Source of the DNA: Camelus dromedarius
Lineage: Eukaryota
DNA: 64,000 bases
NCBI RefSeq assembly: GCF_036321535.1
Contig: NC_087447.1
Location: 43,030,001 to 43,094,000 of the forward strand
Reading direction: 5' to 3'
Shown here in pieces: positions 24,221-37,200 of the stretch. Each line of letters opens with the position of its first letter. Positions within the stretch are counted from its first letter, which is position 1. A program made the position numbers and the translations under genes. Under the pieces are notes generated by a model. It was not told the DNA's origin and ran no database searches. It saw only the letters and a list, made by a program, of their open reading frames with translations.

Positions 24221-25774
24221 AAATCTCTAAAATTATATGTAAGTAAATAAAATAGATAAATGTGGCTAAGTAATATTTTCTCATCTTGCTCTAGAAGGAA
24301 GCTGAGAAATACCATGTTTCTACTCTGAAGCAACCAAACATTTTGGTTTAGTTTCTCTCCTTCCAAATTTGCCAGAAAATTATGAGAATTATCTTAAGAT
24401 AACTAAGAAGAAGCCAGAGCTTCTAGTGTTTTTGGAAAAAAAAAGAAGATACCTGTATCACTGATCTTGCCCATACAGATTGTTTCTGAGTATTTCTTCC
24501 TGGTGACTTTTAACTTCTGAGTCTACTTTAAGGACTCAAGTACTTAATTAACAATGGAACAGTGAAGAAGAATGCAGATGCTAAACCACATATGAATACA
24601 GCACATTGAAAAACAAATGACTGAGTCTCTATCCCTATGCTGTAGATTATGAGTTGTGGTGGGCATGTTGAAAAGCATTTCCTCAACTACTTAGATGGTA
24701 ACTCAAGAGTGGAAATGTCAAAAGAGAAAGCATTAAACTTGGATTCACCTTTTAAAAGCACATATACGTCAAGTGACTTAAATTTTTATGAATTGAAATT
24801 TCCAAGATAGGTTTCCTGTCACAGGGACTAGTCCTGTACTAAACAGAGGAGCTTTTCTTCAGTGGGACATGAGAGCATGAGAGCGTTGTGCTCTCACCCT
24901 GATGTTCTAAACATAAGGAGCTTTCAGTGAGGAGACACAGCCTGTGTTACTGAATGCTAACACATTGTACATATTTTCTGTTTCTTGAAAGAATACACAG
25001 AGAAGCAACCCAGAAATTTTCTTGAGAAAAGGAATCTATAGAGAAAAGTACCTTTTTACACTTCTAAATTTATACAAATTAATTTTTTAATTAATTACCA
25101 GCTCAAGAGTTAGCATACATTGTTACAAAGTCATACATGAGTGATGGTCTGGAGAGGCATGTATTTAGGGGCTGCCTGCAATAAGTAAACAGCACGTCAG
25201 TTTTCTCTTTCTTGAAATATAGGTACCAAGAAGCCGTAAATGACCTGAAGTTTTGCTGCAGCCTTTGGAGGGTATTTATTCATTGGACAAATATATATGA
25301 AGTGCCTACTACTGTGTTTATAAAACACAGTCACTTGTATCGCAAGAGTGATCAAAACAGACAGACACATACACACCAGGTTTATTTGTTTTGTGTTACA
25401 TGTAATCTTTTCACAGTCTTTGAAATTTGTTAATCTGATTATTAACCCTTAGTATACTCACTTTCAGTTAACCAGAGTATTAAACTTATGAGCTCTTTCC
25501 CAGATCATTCTAGGTAAATGAGAACTTGCGGAATCTATACCCCCACATCTCACCCCGCTTCCTGCTTGCTTAGGTCTCCTGAGACATTCTCTGATCCTTT
25601 AGAACTCTGTCCTCAGCTTCATTTAATGAGAAGTGATCCCTTTTAGAATGGGTCTGAGGTCAAAATGGACTCTGCTTCTTTCATGACAGCCAGGTTAGAA
25701 ACCATTTCCTCTACTGTGGGGTGAGGCGACCTGAGAAAACACAATTGCCTATTAAAATCCTTTCTACCTGTTTC

Positions 25775-25950
25775 GTGCTTTAAAGCTCACAGAGTACTTC
25801 CATGGCCACCACCTTAGTTCATTCTCATAATAAACCCATGGAGTAAATGTGCAAATACCATTTTCCTTATTTAACAGTGAGGCATCAAGAGTCTAAGAGG
25901 TCTACAGACCTGCCAAGAGGTGTGACTGGGATTAGAAGCCAGTCCCTGGA
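25775..25950 (-). mobile_element. MIR SINE (degenerate)
   Basis: ttcattctcataataaacccatg...ccttatttaacagtgaggcatcaagagtctaagagg...ctgggattagaagccagtc. Confidence 0.55.
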
Positions 25951-26410
25951 GTCAGTGAAGAGAATGGTGAAGATGTGAGGAGTGGGCGGTATGCAACAAC
26001 TTTATACCCAGGTTAGGAAGAAGAATCCTGATGTGCTTGTCAGGGAATCCATGCAGATGTCAAAGCTTGTCTAGAAATCTATGCCGAGGAGTGAGCACAG
26101 CCATGTCTGGGTAGACTTCCCTGAGTGAGTGGTACTGGATACTTGCTTTCATTTTGCATGGCAGAGGATTTGAAATTGTGCCTGTAGTTTGTTCTCCGCA
26201 GACACTAAACAATTCCGTTTTCTTGAAGATGCTAAAGGAGCTTTCTTTGGCATTTAATAACCATTTCACGATGTGATTAGTGTATATCTCACATCCAAAG
26301 AGAGCTCCAACTTGCAAATCCTGGACAACTCTGTAGTCCCCGGTTTCTTTGAATTGATGTATATTGCCTTGTGTCTGAAAATTAATCCAGGACTTTTCTT
26401 TGATTTCTAG

Positions 26411-26623
26411 CCCACTGTTTATGAAAAGACATTTTCTGTGCCCAGTAAGAAGGAAAATATGGATGACTTGGACACCAGTTATTCAAGTTACACATCTAGC
26501 AGGCTCCTTCCTGTTGAACTCAAGGGAGAAATGGAGAAACCCACTGTGACTTCAAGCCAAGGAACAGCAACCAAAGGCACTTCTAAAGCCATTGCCCTGC
26601 CTAGAACCAAAAAGAACCTCTAA
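26411..26623 (+). CDS. STK33: STK33 terminal coding exon (70 aa + TAA)
   Basis: Acceptor ttttctttgatttctAG; translates PTVYEKTFSVPSKKENMDDLDTSYSSYTSSRLLPVELKGEMEKPTVTSSQGTATKGTSKAIALPRTKKNL*, matching the recalled human C-terminus (STAYEKQF...TSSKLLPAEIKGEMEKTPVTPSQGTATK...ALSRTKKKL). Confidence 0.95.
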   Translation, partial: PTVYEKTFSVPSKKENMDDLDTSYSSYTSSRLLPVELKGEMEKPTVTSSQGTATKGTSKAIALPRTKKNL

Positions 26624-27038
26624 CAATGCTGAATCCTACAAAAACAGAGCTGCTCTTTCTAGTGCTAAAAACAGGGGATAGGAGGAGAAAGGACAATACT
26701 ATGTCGAGCTTTTAGCCTTTTAGCTGCGCTGAGCCCTGCCACGTGTTTTCACCAGTTTGAAATTGAAGCTAGTTCTCTCCAAAGCAGCATGGTGTTAAAG
26801 GGCTGAAACCACCAGGCTGGATGGCTTGTGCAGCCGAAATCAGCTCCAAGTGTTCTTGAGAGTTGTTTAGAGGAACAGATGCCCTCAAAGCAAGGCTGTG
26901 GGCACACTGGCCCAGTTTTACGTCAAATTCTTACATTTAGGCACAATTACTTAAGGGGAAAATGAGAGCCAAATATGGTCACGGAGGGTCCAAATGATTA
27001 TGTGCACTTTGCACTGGAAGATTTGTTAGGAAATTACT

Positions 27039-27044
27039 AATAAA
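27039..27044 (+). terminator. STK33: Proximal polyadenylation signal AATAAA
   Basis: AATAAA followed about 40 nt later by tgtgtgttcttgtgatttt (GU/U-rich). Confidence 0.55.
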
Positions 27045-27207
27045 CCTGCCACAGGCATAACAGAAGTGCTTCAGCCATTCATGTGTGTTCTTGTGATTTT
27101 AGGTTGCTGTAGATTGTTTAAGACAACTTATTTTAAATGTAGAAAAGAAGATTTTGTAACTGCTTGCCCTTAACTTGCTGCTAAATTCCCAGTGTGTTGA
27201 TTGAATC

Positions 27208-27213
27208 AATAAA
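27208..27213 (+). terminator. STK33: Distal polyadenylation signal AATAAA
   Basis: AATAAA with upstream TGTA elements (27108, 27138, 27155) and downstream tgtttatgtg. Confidence 0.65.
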
Positions 27214-27842
27214 AACCCAGATGTTACCCCTGCACGTTAATGTTTATGTGAATAAGAGTTGACTATAACAAGGTCCTCTAAGCCCGCAGAAACAAATTTT
27301 GAGGTTGGCCTGCTGCTTACTGCAAAGCGAGGCACATATTTTTGGGGAAGGGCAGGAGGCTGGACACGGGAGAAAATACATCACACCTGTGAGTATTAGA
27401 GGTCCCTCCTTTCCACCCAGACAAATTGTTTTGCCATTCTAGGTCACACTGGGTGAAGAGATGCTTCACTTGGCCTCACAAACAAACTCTAAGGAAGCAA
27501 TCTGCATCTGCTTTTACTTTTATAAAGTAGTAACCTTGTTTCATTCCAGCCCCTCGTGGGACTGTCCTTTCAGCCTCCAAAATGGCCCGCACCCGGACAG
27601 CGGAGCAGGGACAAGTTGCGTATGCATCCCCTCGATGGCCGACGGCAGTACATGTGCTTCTTGAGACTAATTTCGAAGACACCATCCAGCTCTCGAATGG
27701 GCCAGAAATAACACTGCCATGTGCTGCCCCTGGCTGAGTAGTTTGGGTGGAATTTTCTCAGTGCCTTCAGTGTACTTCCCGGGGGGAATCTGCCAACCAA
27801 AATGTAGCTAGTGTACATGGTTGAGACTATTTTAAAATTGGA

Positions 27843-27986
27843 GGGGGGGGGATGGTATAATATAGCTCAGTGGTACAGCGTGTGCTTAACATGCATGAGG
27901 TCCTGGGTTCAATCCGCAGTACCTCCGTTAAAAATAAATAGATAAATAAACAAACCTAATTACACCCCCCCCAAAACAAACAAAAA
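27843..27986 (+). mobile_element. tRNA-derived SINE, camelid Vic-1 type
   Basis: ggggggatggtata..tatagctcagtggtacagcgtgtgcttaacatgcatgaggtcctgggttcaatccgcagtacctcc..aaaaataaata..aaacctaattacacccccccc plus A-rich tail. Confidence 0.9.
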
Positions 27987-29699
27987 CGGGTTGACCGCTT
28001 CTTCAAAGTTTCTGTCCTTCCTAATTGTTATTTCCAGTCCTACCAGGAGCCTGTAAACCATCTCCTCTCCCGGATTAGTGAGCCAGCTTTGAGGAGCGTG
28101 TCCTGCTCACCTGCAGAGAAGCCGGCTTCAGGGCTGAGTGGAGGTTTGCCTTTCCTAGCGGTACTCCCGGAGGCAGAGGTGAGGACTGGCATCTGGTCTC
28201 CTGGTAGAAAAGCCAGCTGACACAGTGGCTTTGATTCTGTCGATCCCCTGGGCCCCCAGATGGAACATTCCCTTTGTTCAAAATGCTCTTTGTTTCATTG
28301 TAAGACCGTCTTCTGTATCACGTAGCGGAGAACTCTGTTGTTAAATTGCATCGCATCCAAATTTCTAGCTACTTTTCTCTTCTGTCTTAAATTAGTGAGT
28401 CTGCTCAGTAAACTTGAGCCAAGGTCCAGAACTAAGCACTAAGTGAAAGGTAAGTGCAGTTTGTAACCCTTCAGCGTGTCTGCACCGGGACAGGCCACTG
28501 TCCTTCTGCCCTAAGGGGCATCCCATTAGCTCTCCTCTGTCTGGACCTTCATTTGACGTAGAATCACTTTGACAGGAACTTAGCTCACCCTTTCTAAAGG
28601 GAATTTTCGTATCACTTTTATTTGTTATTTATTTTTTGGAACGTGCTGGCCAGGCCATGTCTGAGCTGTGTTTTCCACCTGTTGTACCTCTTTAACAGCT
28701 AGAGCTCTGTGGCCTTGCTTTCTCTATTTGTGTTCATGGCTGTGAAAATAGTCGCTCTTCTGTTTCAGATTTGTTTTCAGTGACGGATAGGCTACCTCCA
28801 AGGCGTTGGTAGCCATCACTGTGACACTCCTCTGTACCACAGCATGGAGGGCTGGGCTCTGTTATGACCCACAAGGACATACTCTGCCTAGGACAGTGCA
28901 CAGCGAGTGTTATTTCCAAGGAATGCAAATGCTGATCAACACCTCGATTCACATAACAGACAAGTCCAGGCAGGAGGAATACGATAAAAGATAAATGCAG
29001 GCTTGGGGCTGGGGGAAGTTCAGCTGCGGAGAACAGAAGATGATGTCAGAGAAGGACTTAAATCAGGGAAGAAAGGAAAATGGGTTGGAGTCAGGGGAGC
29101 AAAAAGAGAGTAAAGTATAATTAATAAGGAACACTGATTGGCTGACACACATGGTTCTGCCAAACTCGGAAGCAGGAGTCAGGGGAGGGAAGTGCTCTCG
29201 AAGCAGTGGTCCTTGCCCCAGGCCAGGCTGCAGTAGGACCGGGCCTCCTGTGGCCGGAACGCCAGCACCCCTGGATGAGGACACAGGCTGAAGAAACAAA
29301 GACCCGGGAAAATGGAAGCTGAGAGAGGCTCTGGTTGTAAGATGTGATCACAGAATAGTCCTTACATTTTGAGTAGGAATGTTATGTGGTGTCAAAAGGG
29401 GAAAGGAGAAAAAATTCAAAACATTTTGTGCTTATCACTGAAATGCTTTGTTTAAATAATTCTATTTGACTCCAAAATGTAAGTTCCAGGTTAGAAAGAT
29501 CAAAAGCAGCCAGTCTTGAAAATGAAGCTTTTTAAATTCCAGCCCTGCTGTTGGAATAGAGAATAAAGGCTTTGTTCAAACATGCATTCCCAGCAGTAAG
29601 CAGAGCTTTGAAATTGGCCACGGAAGTTGTGTCCCCTAATGGCTGCACTTGGCTGGAGACCAAGAAGCTGTGGCCTCTGGGAAATGACCCTGGGCTGGG

Positions 29700-30108
29700 C
29701 ATTGTCTATCTTCCCCTCCAGAACCTCTCTGCCCGGCTCTGCTCTTTTCACCCTGATAGGTGATCTTTAGGGACTGCATTAACAGGCTCCCTTGGCCTCT
29801 GGGTTCGTTGGGATTCTGTCAGTGGGAGACACCAGCAGGCCATCAGAGTGGGGAGAGCGAGGTCCAGGCCTCGATTCCCAAGTGCTGGGCTGCTGGGAAT
29901 TCACTGTGTTCTCCTTCTATAGGCCTTGGCTCGGGCCAGCAGCCCTCCTCACAGCTGAGCTCTCTGCCGCTTCAGGCCAAGACATGTCTTTCTTCAAGGG
30001 TTTCCCTAAACTCTCTCAGAGCTTTTACAAGTAGCCTCTTTGTTAGGCTCTCAACCACCCCTTTTGAGTGCACCATCTGTCTCCTCTTGTGACCCAAGGT
30101 GATCTAGA
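29700..30108 (+). mobile_element. ERVL solo LTR, LTR33-like
   Basis: ggctcccttggcctctgg...gggagacaccagcagg...ggtttccctaaac...cccttttgagtgcaccatctgtctcct. Confidence 0.6.
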
Positions 30109-31584
30109 CCCTTTCCTTGTCAATTCTGTGTTTGTTTTGACCCTGGGCTACTTTGCGTGTGGTTGCCAATCTCCTCCCAAATGATAGTGAAGAGCAGAGA
30201 GTCTAGATGAATCCTTCCGGAAACAAATCGATGCCCTCGGGTGGTCACTACGGTTCGAGGGAGGGGAGGACAGGGGTGATGTTCCTGCGACTGGAACCTA
30301 CACCGAGCAAGATAAATCTACATTGCCCAGCTAGATCTGAGATTGTATGGTCTTAAATTTCATCCGGGGCCTCTGGGAGCCAAAAGAAAGCAACTCTTGA
30401 CTTGTATCAGCCAAGAGGACCTACAGCCTAGGGTGGGAGCTGCCCTTGCTGTCTCCTGGCTGTGGACCTGGGGCTCGGCAGAGGTTCCGGGGAAGCACCC
30501 ACAGCCTGAAGACAAGACGTCCCCTGGGCCATGCATTTGTTTCATCCCTACAAATGCTAAAATCACTTTACCGAGCATCTTAAAGTGACACATTCACTAT
30601 TCAGAGGGCTCACGTAGTTCAGTCACTGTTCAGGATCCCGGACTTTTCTGCGTGAGCAGGCTCAGGATTGATTTGGATTTCTGTTCCGTCCTTTGTGATC
30701 ACCTAATTCTCATCAGTGAGCCCACTTTCTTTGCCTTTGTTCTTCAAAGGAAGGCCATATTCCGTGTCAGTCTTGCTTCCTCGTGGCCACCTTCCTCAGT
30801 TGCTGGTAGAATCAACTCTTCTCTCTGCATTTCCGTAAGTTATCTGGAGCAGCCCTTGGCGGGAGCTGTGGCCATTCCTACTACTGTCCCAGGGCCCTCA
30901 CTCAAGCAGCAACACACAAGTGCCCGTGGAACATTGGGAAGATTAACAGGGCCATTGCAGTGTCACCGCTGGCTATCTTAGAGGCTTCCCCTCTTGGTTG
31001 CCTGGTGCCATCCCAGACATCCAGTGAACACAAGGTGAAGACCTTAGAGGACCTTCTCCCCAAAACAGGCAGTGGTTCCTGGCCTGACCCAGAGGACAGG
31101 CCCATGGATGCAGTGCAACCCCCTCCCCCATTACAGACTTCTCCCAAGTGGATTCTGCAGCATCTCCAGACCAGATGCATCCTTGGCATCAATACAGAGG
31201 CTACATAAATCTCCCTGCCCTTGGGAGACAGATATTCTTTGACCCTCTTACCCATGGCAGGCTCCGCAGACAAGAGCCTGACATCAAGCTGTTGTTTAGG
31301 ACTTTTCTCATCAGCACAGAAAGTTATCTTCATCCCCGGGGCAATGGCAAGGTCTCAGGAGTCAGCATTTCCAGTCTGACTAGGGGCAAGGCAAGTGGAA
31401 GATGAGTTGACTTCCTCCCTGGGCCCTGAGGAAGAAGCTCTCTTGTGGAGGTGGCAATTTCCTGGTCCAGGCATTGGCTTACACTGAGTTTACTAGAGAC
31501 CGAAGTCCTTTTGTTAGCTGGACTTTGAGCTGAATCAGTGGAAGGGATCTCTGTCTTTTAACTAAAGCCCCTCTTTAGGGTCAT

Positions 31585-31810
31585 GCTGTAATGATCGCAG
31601 CAGTATCTACAGAGCACTTACCACATGCCAGACACCAACCTGAGCACTTCACACGGATTCTTGTAATCCTTACAACACCTGAAGTTGGTTCTGTTACCTC
31701 TACAGGAGGAATCGTTAAGGCAGAGAGGTTAAGAAACTTGTCCAGGGTCACACAGCTAAGAAATAGCAGAACCAAGATTTGAACCCAGCTGACAGGCTCA
31801 AGTGTGCCTC
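31585..31810 (-). mobile_element. MIR SINE
   Basis: gagcacttaccacatgccagacac...aggcagagaggttaagaaacttgtccagggtcacacagctaagaaatagcagaaccaagatttgaaccc. Confidence 0.85.
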
Positions 31811-33059
31811 AAGGCATTTGTAGTTCAGGCCTGAGACTGCTAGAAACTTCCACCTCAGAGTTCCAAAAGGTGAAGTGGTCCATGAACATCCTGTCTCCCT
31901 GTAAAAGCTGAGATAATTTGGAGAAGTTTGGGCCCTGAGGTTTCAGAATGGAGTTGGATTATATTGCTTGTTGACAAATTTGAATAAGACCCAATCACAC
32001 TGTACCAGGGAGAGCTGCATTCTGCAGGACTTTGCATGATAAAAATAAGTTCTAAGTGCTCTAACTGATCATTCCTAGGAGCAGTCTTTACAAGCCTTTG
32101 AATATATTTTTGACAGAAGGGAGAAAAAAGGTCCATTGCCTGCTCAGGTACTCACGTGAGCCACCCTGTCTGTGCAGACATGATGGATTGATGCTTACCA
32201 GGAGCCAAGTGCTGTAATTCCCATTGCAGGGCAGTGGGGGTTAAGAATCACTATAATGTTTCGATTTCCCATATTTCTTCATCAGGTAGCGTGCATAGCT
32301 GTGCAGCTGAAAATACGGAGTTCGGAAGTCAGCTGCTGGACCATTTCTCCGCCTCGCCTCTCTCCTGTATCTCTAGTGTTTGCCATCACTTACCTCTTTA
32401 AGATGGTGCTAGGTGGGATGGTGATTTTCCTTGTTATACTGACAGCTCCCTGGTTCCAAGAGCACAGATTGTTTCCGAAGGCTCCGGCCCCTTTGGTGCA
32501 GGACGAGGCAAACTCCCGCTCTGGAATGGAGCCCAGTGGCCATGGGCCCCCCGCCGCCCATCTCTCAGTCTGCTGCCTGCTACCGGTCCCCAGAGAAGAG
32601 ACGGGGTTCTTACGCAGGACCCTCATTGCTGTTTTGGAACTTTAGTAGAAAGGGTTTCTAGTGGAAAAGCTTCCAAAGCCCATTGAAATGGGTAATTTTT
32701 TTTTGTAAGAGTTGTTTTCCCTCTAGAAGCAGTTGCCTGATCATGGCTTGACACCTTTCCTCCCATCGGTGTAGAACTTAGTTGTTCAGCCACTTAAGTT
32801 TCATATCAACTTTCTGCTCACTAGGTTTTCTATACACTCCCTGACCATGAACCATTGTTGGGCCCCCCACCCCAATACTCAGTCTCAGAAGGGATGTCTT
32901 GCCTGCAGTGCACTTTACTTGCCTGGAGGGGGACAATAGTCTGACCACTGCCACGCCTCCTTTTTCCTCCAGGGGGACCAGCACCACCCTCTGCAGCCCC
33001 AGCAGGAAGGACCAGGAGTTGCATAAGGAACGTTCACTCAGTAGAATTGGATTGAGAGG

Positions 33060-33900
33060 CTCAGTCTTTCATCCAAGAAGTAACAACTGACCATCTACTA
33101 TGTGCCAGGCACTGGGATAGACACTGGACAGAAAATGATGTAAAAGACAGTCAAGGTCATTGCCCTTAAGGAGCTTGCAGTCTTGGAGGAGGGGGAAAGA
33201 TGATTGAGATCTGTAGATCTAGTGTAGGATGGTTATGTATTTGATTAGAGCAGTAAAGGAAATAAAGAGAGTGCTATGATAGAGAACAACAGGATAGGAA
33301 CGTTCTCCTAGGGCCTTCTGTGGAAGCTTGAAGGCTAACGGAAAGAATGCTTTAGGCAGAGGGGACAGGGAAAGAGCTTGTTGGGTTCCAGGACTTGGTG
33401 CAAAGGCCAGGATGACAGGGGTGAGTGAGAGGCAGGGGTCAGGCCCTGCAGGACCTTGGGAGCCTTAGGAAGGAAGCCGTTTATTCTAAACACAGCAGAA
33501 AAACATCAACAGGTTTTCAGCTGGGGGATGACATCTGATTAAAGGATCACTGTGTGTTCTGTGTAACAAACGACTAGAAGTGGAGCAAGAAAAGAAGCAG
33601 AGAGACTGGTTAGAGGACACTGAGTAAGATGGCAGCAGAGAAGATGGAGAGAAGTAGGTGGATGTGAAATAGGTTTTGAAGATAGAATTGATGGGATCCG
33701 ATGGTGGATTAGATATGAAGTGTGAAGCAAAGGGGGCAGGCGATCAAGAATGACTTTTGGTTTTCGTTACCAGACTGACTGGTTTCACTCACTGAGGAAG
33801 ACCAAGTTCAGGCTGGCAGTGAAATGAAGAGCTCCACCTGGTCATATTAAGTTGAGATGCCGTCAGACCTTGGAGATGGCTGCTTGAGTTGGACTTAATG
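33060..33900 (-). mobile_element. LINE-2 fragment
   Basis: catctactatgtgccaggcactggga...gcccttaaggagcttgcagtct...ttttgaagatagaattgatggg...gaatgacttttggtttt. Confidence 0.75.
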
Positions 33901-36900
33901 GTTGGAATGGATCAAGGTGGATGAGAGAAGGGAAAGTGGCCTCAAGGGGGGAAAGGATGTGAAGAGTGACCCGGAGTTGATAGCGAGTTGTGTACAAGGG
34001 CTTCTGGACACTGGGCAGGGCTCGCAGAACCCAGGGCCCCAGGGAGACCCAGGCACGAAGGCGCCATCTTGGTCGCCCAGCAGCTTGTCTCCCTCACTCA
34101 GTGACTGGGCAGTGACTGTACTTTGGCAAGAACAAGGATGAGAATGGAGTGGGATGACATGAAATGCTATTTGGAGAAGTCTCCCTAGGAGATGTGGCCA
34201 AGCCTCCTTAGTGCTTAGTTAATCGAACTGGAATAGTGATAGGTAACAAGCCCTCAATAGCTGCCATAATTTCATAGCCTCCCACCAGCAGTAACTCAGG
34301 AAATGGCGGACCAGATACTTTCCTGAAGCCCAGATTTGCAGAATCTCGGACCATCTGCACTGTTCCTTCTGCCCAACTCTCCCCCAGGGGAGGGACCCCC
34401 ACCCACATCCTCTGATGACATGCTCCCTGGGATGGGAGCTCCCTACCCCCTAAAGCAGATGAATTCCACTCCAGAAAGACGCAAGTGCTCGAAAAGTCTT
34501 CGTACTAACTGACCCCTGCTCCTTCCTTGCGCCTTGGAAATAAAGTCCTCTCCTGCCACATAATAGCCCAGCAGGAACTGAAGTTCACCCCCACGGCACT
34601 GGGAGCCTTGTACCGTCTAAACATCTCCATTTCTCTTGGACTTCTCCTCAGATGACATGTTTCTTGGCCCTTCATTCTAGCTCGTCCAAAATGAACTCAG
34701 GCCTCTCAGTATGGCCTGCCAACCCTGGTCCTCTGGACACCAGGCCCCAGTCACTGGAGCCTGTCGTGTTCCTGTTAGCAAGGATTTGTGGGCAGCCTGG
34801 TTTGAGTTTACTAGGACAGACTGTAATGATGATGCGTCCCTGAAGCACATTTATTCTCCTATTGACATCCTTGTGGTGGATTCGCCGTGACCACAGAAGA
34901 GCCCTTTCCCAGCATGCCGCCAGCAGGGAGCGGCAGAGGGTGTGCCTGGGTTGAGCCTGAGGCTCAGAGCCTGGAGATCACCCTGGAAGACAGATTCGTT
35001 TTCCTTAAGTGTCTATCTTTCTAACTATCCCCTGAGAGATACAGAGTGGGGAATAAGGCACCAACTGAATCATAAGCCTGTTTGCCAGAGAATGCATTCG
35101 TGGCTTAGCTACTGCTGGGTGGCACTGAGGGGCAGGAGAGGCTTGGGAGCCTCAGATGGGACCTGTCCTGGGCCCTCCCGACAGGATGAGCCTGGGCATC
35201 CTCTGCGTGTCTTAGTAACCGAACGTCCCCTAGCCTCCACCGCCTCATCTGTGCCTAAATCAGATGGCTCTGAGCCCTCTCCCTACAGTACCAGCTGGAA
35301 TCTGAGCCTTTGTCAGAGGATTGCCTCCTCAAACATCCCTGAAAATTTCCAGGACTGCTCACATATGTCCTTGTCCACATGCTGCTCTTTGCCTGGAAGC
35401 AGAGGCTCAGAAGTGACCCTCGAGACCAGAGTGTAACCTCTGAGGCCCTTGCCCGTCACTTTTATCTCCAGGGCTGTGGCTTCCCTGTGCAGCTCTTGGG
35501 GAGCCAGGGACCGTGGCAGCAGCTGCCCAGCAACATGCCCCATGTCCAAAGTGATGAGAGCCAGGTCCAAATCACAGGGGTCCCACCCAGACATGGTAGG
35601 ACAGAGCAGCCTGAGTGTCCCCTCATACAGCCCCTGCCAAGGACTCAGCCTTGTGTGATGGGGGTACAAGGGTGGAAATGAGGTGGGATGTGGGGTCAGG
35701 CGGGGGCAGAGTCTGTGGGAGGAGCATCACATGTCCTGGAGGAAATGCGCAGTGGGCACAGCGGGAGGGCCCTGGGTGATCTCTCAGGCCATCCCTGGCC
35801 CCACTCCCAGGCCTCTGAGCTCCCTAGGTCATCCTGACACGACAGGGCTGCTTCCTACCTGAGCCCCGAAGCCAGTAATGGGATTTGCAGGCTCTTCTCG
35901 AGTGTCAAAGAATATAATGGAAAGAGCACCTCTGCCTATGATGAACGACTCTGGCCACATTCATCCTGAAGTTTTTGGGTGACAAAATCTTTCAAAGCAC
36001 AAAGCCCATAAAAGAAATAATAAATCCCCTGCCTCTATTGAGCTGCCCCTCCTCCCAACTTGCCAAGTGCCTGAGAGCAAGGGCAGGAGAGGAGCCAGAG
36101 AAGGGCTGGCTCTGTGCTCTGATTGCCCCTGAGTGGACTCAGGTGGCCTGAGGGCCGTGTGAAATGTGGTGGAACCCAGGGGCAGAGAGAAACACAGGAA
36201 ACACCGGAGACTGGGAGAGGCCTCTGGACTCCCTCCCGCAGGCTGGGTGACTGAAAGTTGAGGCAGCTGGGGGCTCAGCTGAGAGCCAGGCGGCACACGT
36301 GAGTATGAGCGTTAGCAACCTTGAAAGCTTGCATCGTTGGGCGTTGGTAAGGAGGTCAAGGATGAAGGAAGACAGGAGGATGGGACTGTGGTGTGTGGCT
36401 AAGAGCCAGGAAGGGGCCTGCACACTTGGATGGTGGTGACAGGAGGAGGACCCTGGGCTCCTGAGGCTGCAGTCGCCGCCCCTCTTGACCACCTTTGCTG
36501 GAAGGCAGGAGCCTGCGACACGCCCAGGAGGAAAGCAGCTTGGGTTCTTTCAGCCTCAGGACAGCTGTGCTCTTCCGGGGGCTCCAGGCCCCAGAGGCTC
36601 TTCCTGCCTCCTGGGCCTCCGTAGCTGGGATGAGCCCCCTGTGAAGAGGGTCTGTCCCAGGGGCAGTGGAGCCTGTGTGAGCGGATGATGCTTCTGAGAC
36701 TATCAGAGCCATCGGACCTGAGACCATCTGGGGTTTCCCGTGGGGAGCCTGCCTCCTGCCCATTCCCTGCCTTTCTTCCCTCACATTCCTCCCAGGGATG
36801 CCCGGCCTCAGCCCCGCCCTCACACTATCATTGCCCACCTCTGCCGGGCACTGCCCCTGCCCCCTGCCTTTATCTCTGGCTTCCCAGGAGGGCAACAGTG

Positions 36901-36984
36901 GGAATGTCTCACCAAAATCACCTGGGAAGCTTTCTCAGCATCCATGTGCGGCTAGGCTCTGCATGCGGTACCCATGCCCTGGCA

Positions 36985-37200
36985 GTGTGGCTTTACAATC
37001 TATTCCCCCACCCCTTACTCCCCGCTGGCCCGTGACTTGCTTTGGCAAGTCGAATATGGCGAGAGTGACTCTGAGCTGCAGCTTCAGAGGCCTCGTGTGC
37101 TTCCACTCACACTCTTGCTCCTCTGCCTTCCCATCAGAACGAACCCACATTAGCCTCCTGCGGGTGAGAGACCATGTGGCACGGAACCCAGTCCACCAAG
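36985..37200 (+). mobile_element. MaLR MLT1-type LTR fragment
   Basis: gtgacttgctttggcaa...atggcgagagtgactctg...cttcagaggcc...actcttgctcctctgcc. Confidence 0.5.

Larger units (their letters stand above)
11220..26410 (+). other. STK33: STK33 last intron (GT...AG, 15,191 nt)
   Basis: Joins the two coding exons in frame (phase 0); donor GTAGGA, acceptor ttttctttgatttctAG. Confidence 0.88.
26624..27232 (+). other. STK33: STK33 3' UTR (end approximate)
   Basis: Repeat-free sequence after the stop codon, ending in AATAAA with a GU-rich tract downstream (tgtttatgtg at 27241). Confidence 0.7.

Noticed and set aside
27861..27930. tRNA-like sequence with A and B boxes (also at 6860-6930 and 56250-56320)
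   Set aside because: These are heads of Vic-1-type SINEs. They share an AT-rich tail and poly(A), two have TSDs, and the stems are degenerate, so they are not functional tRNA genes.
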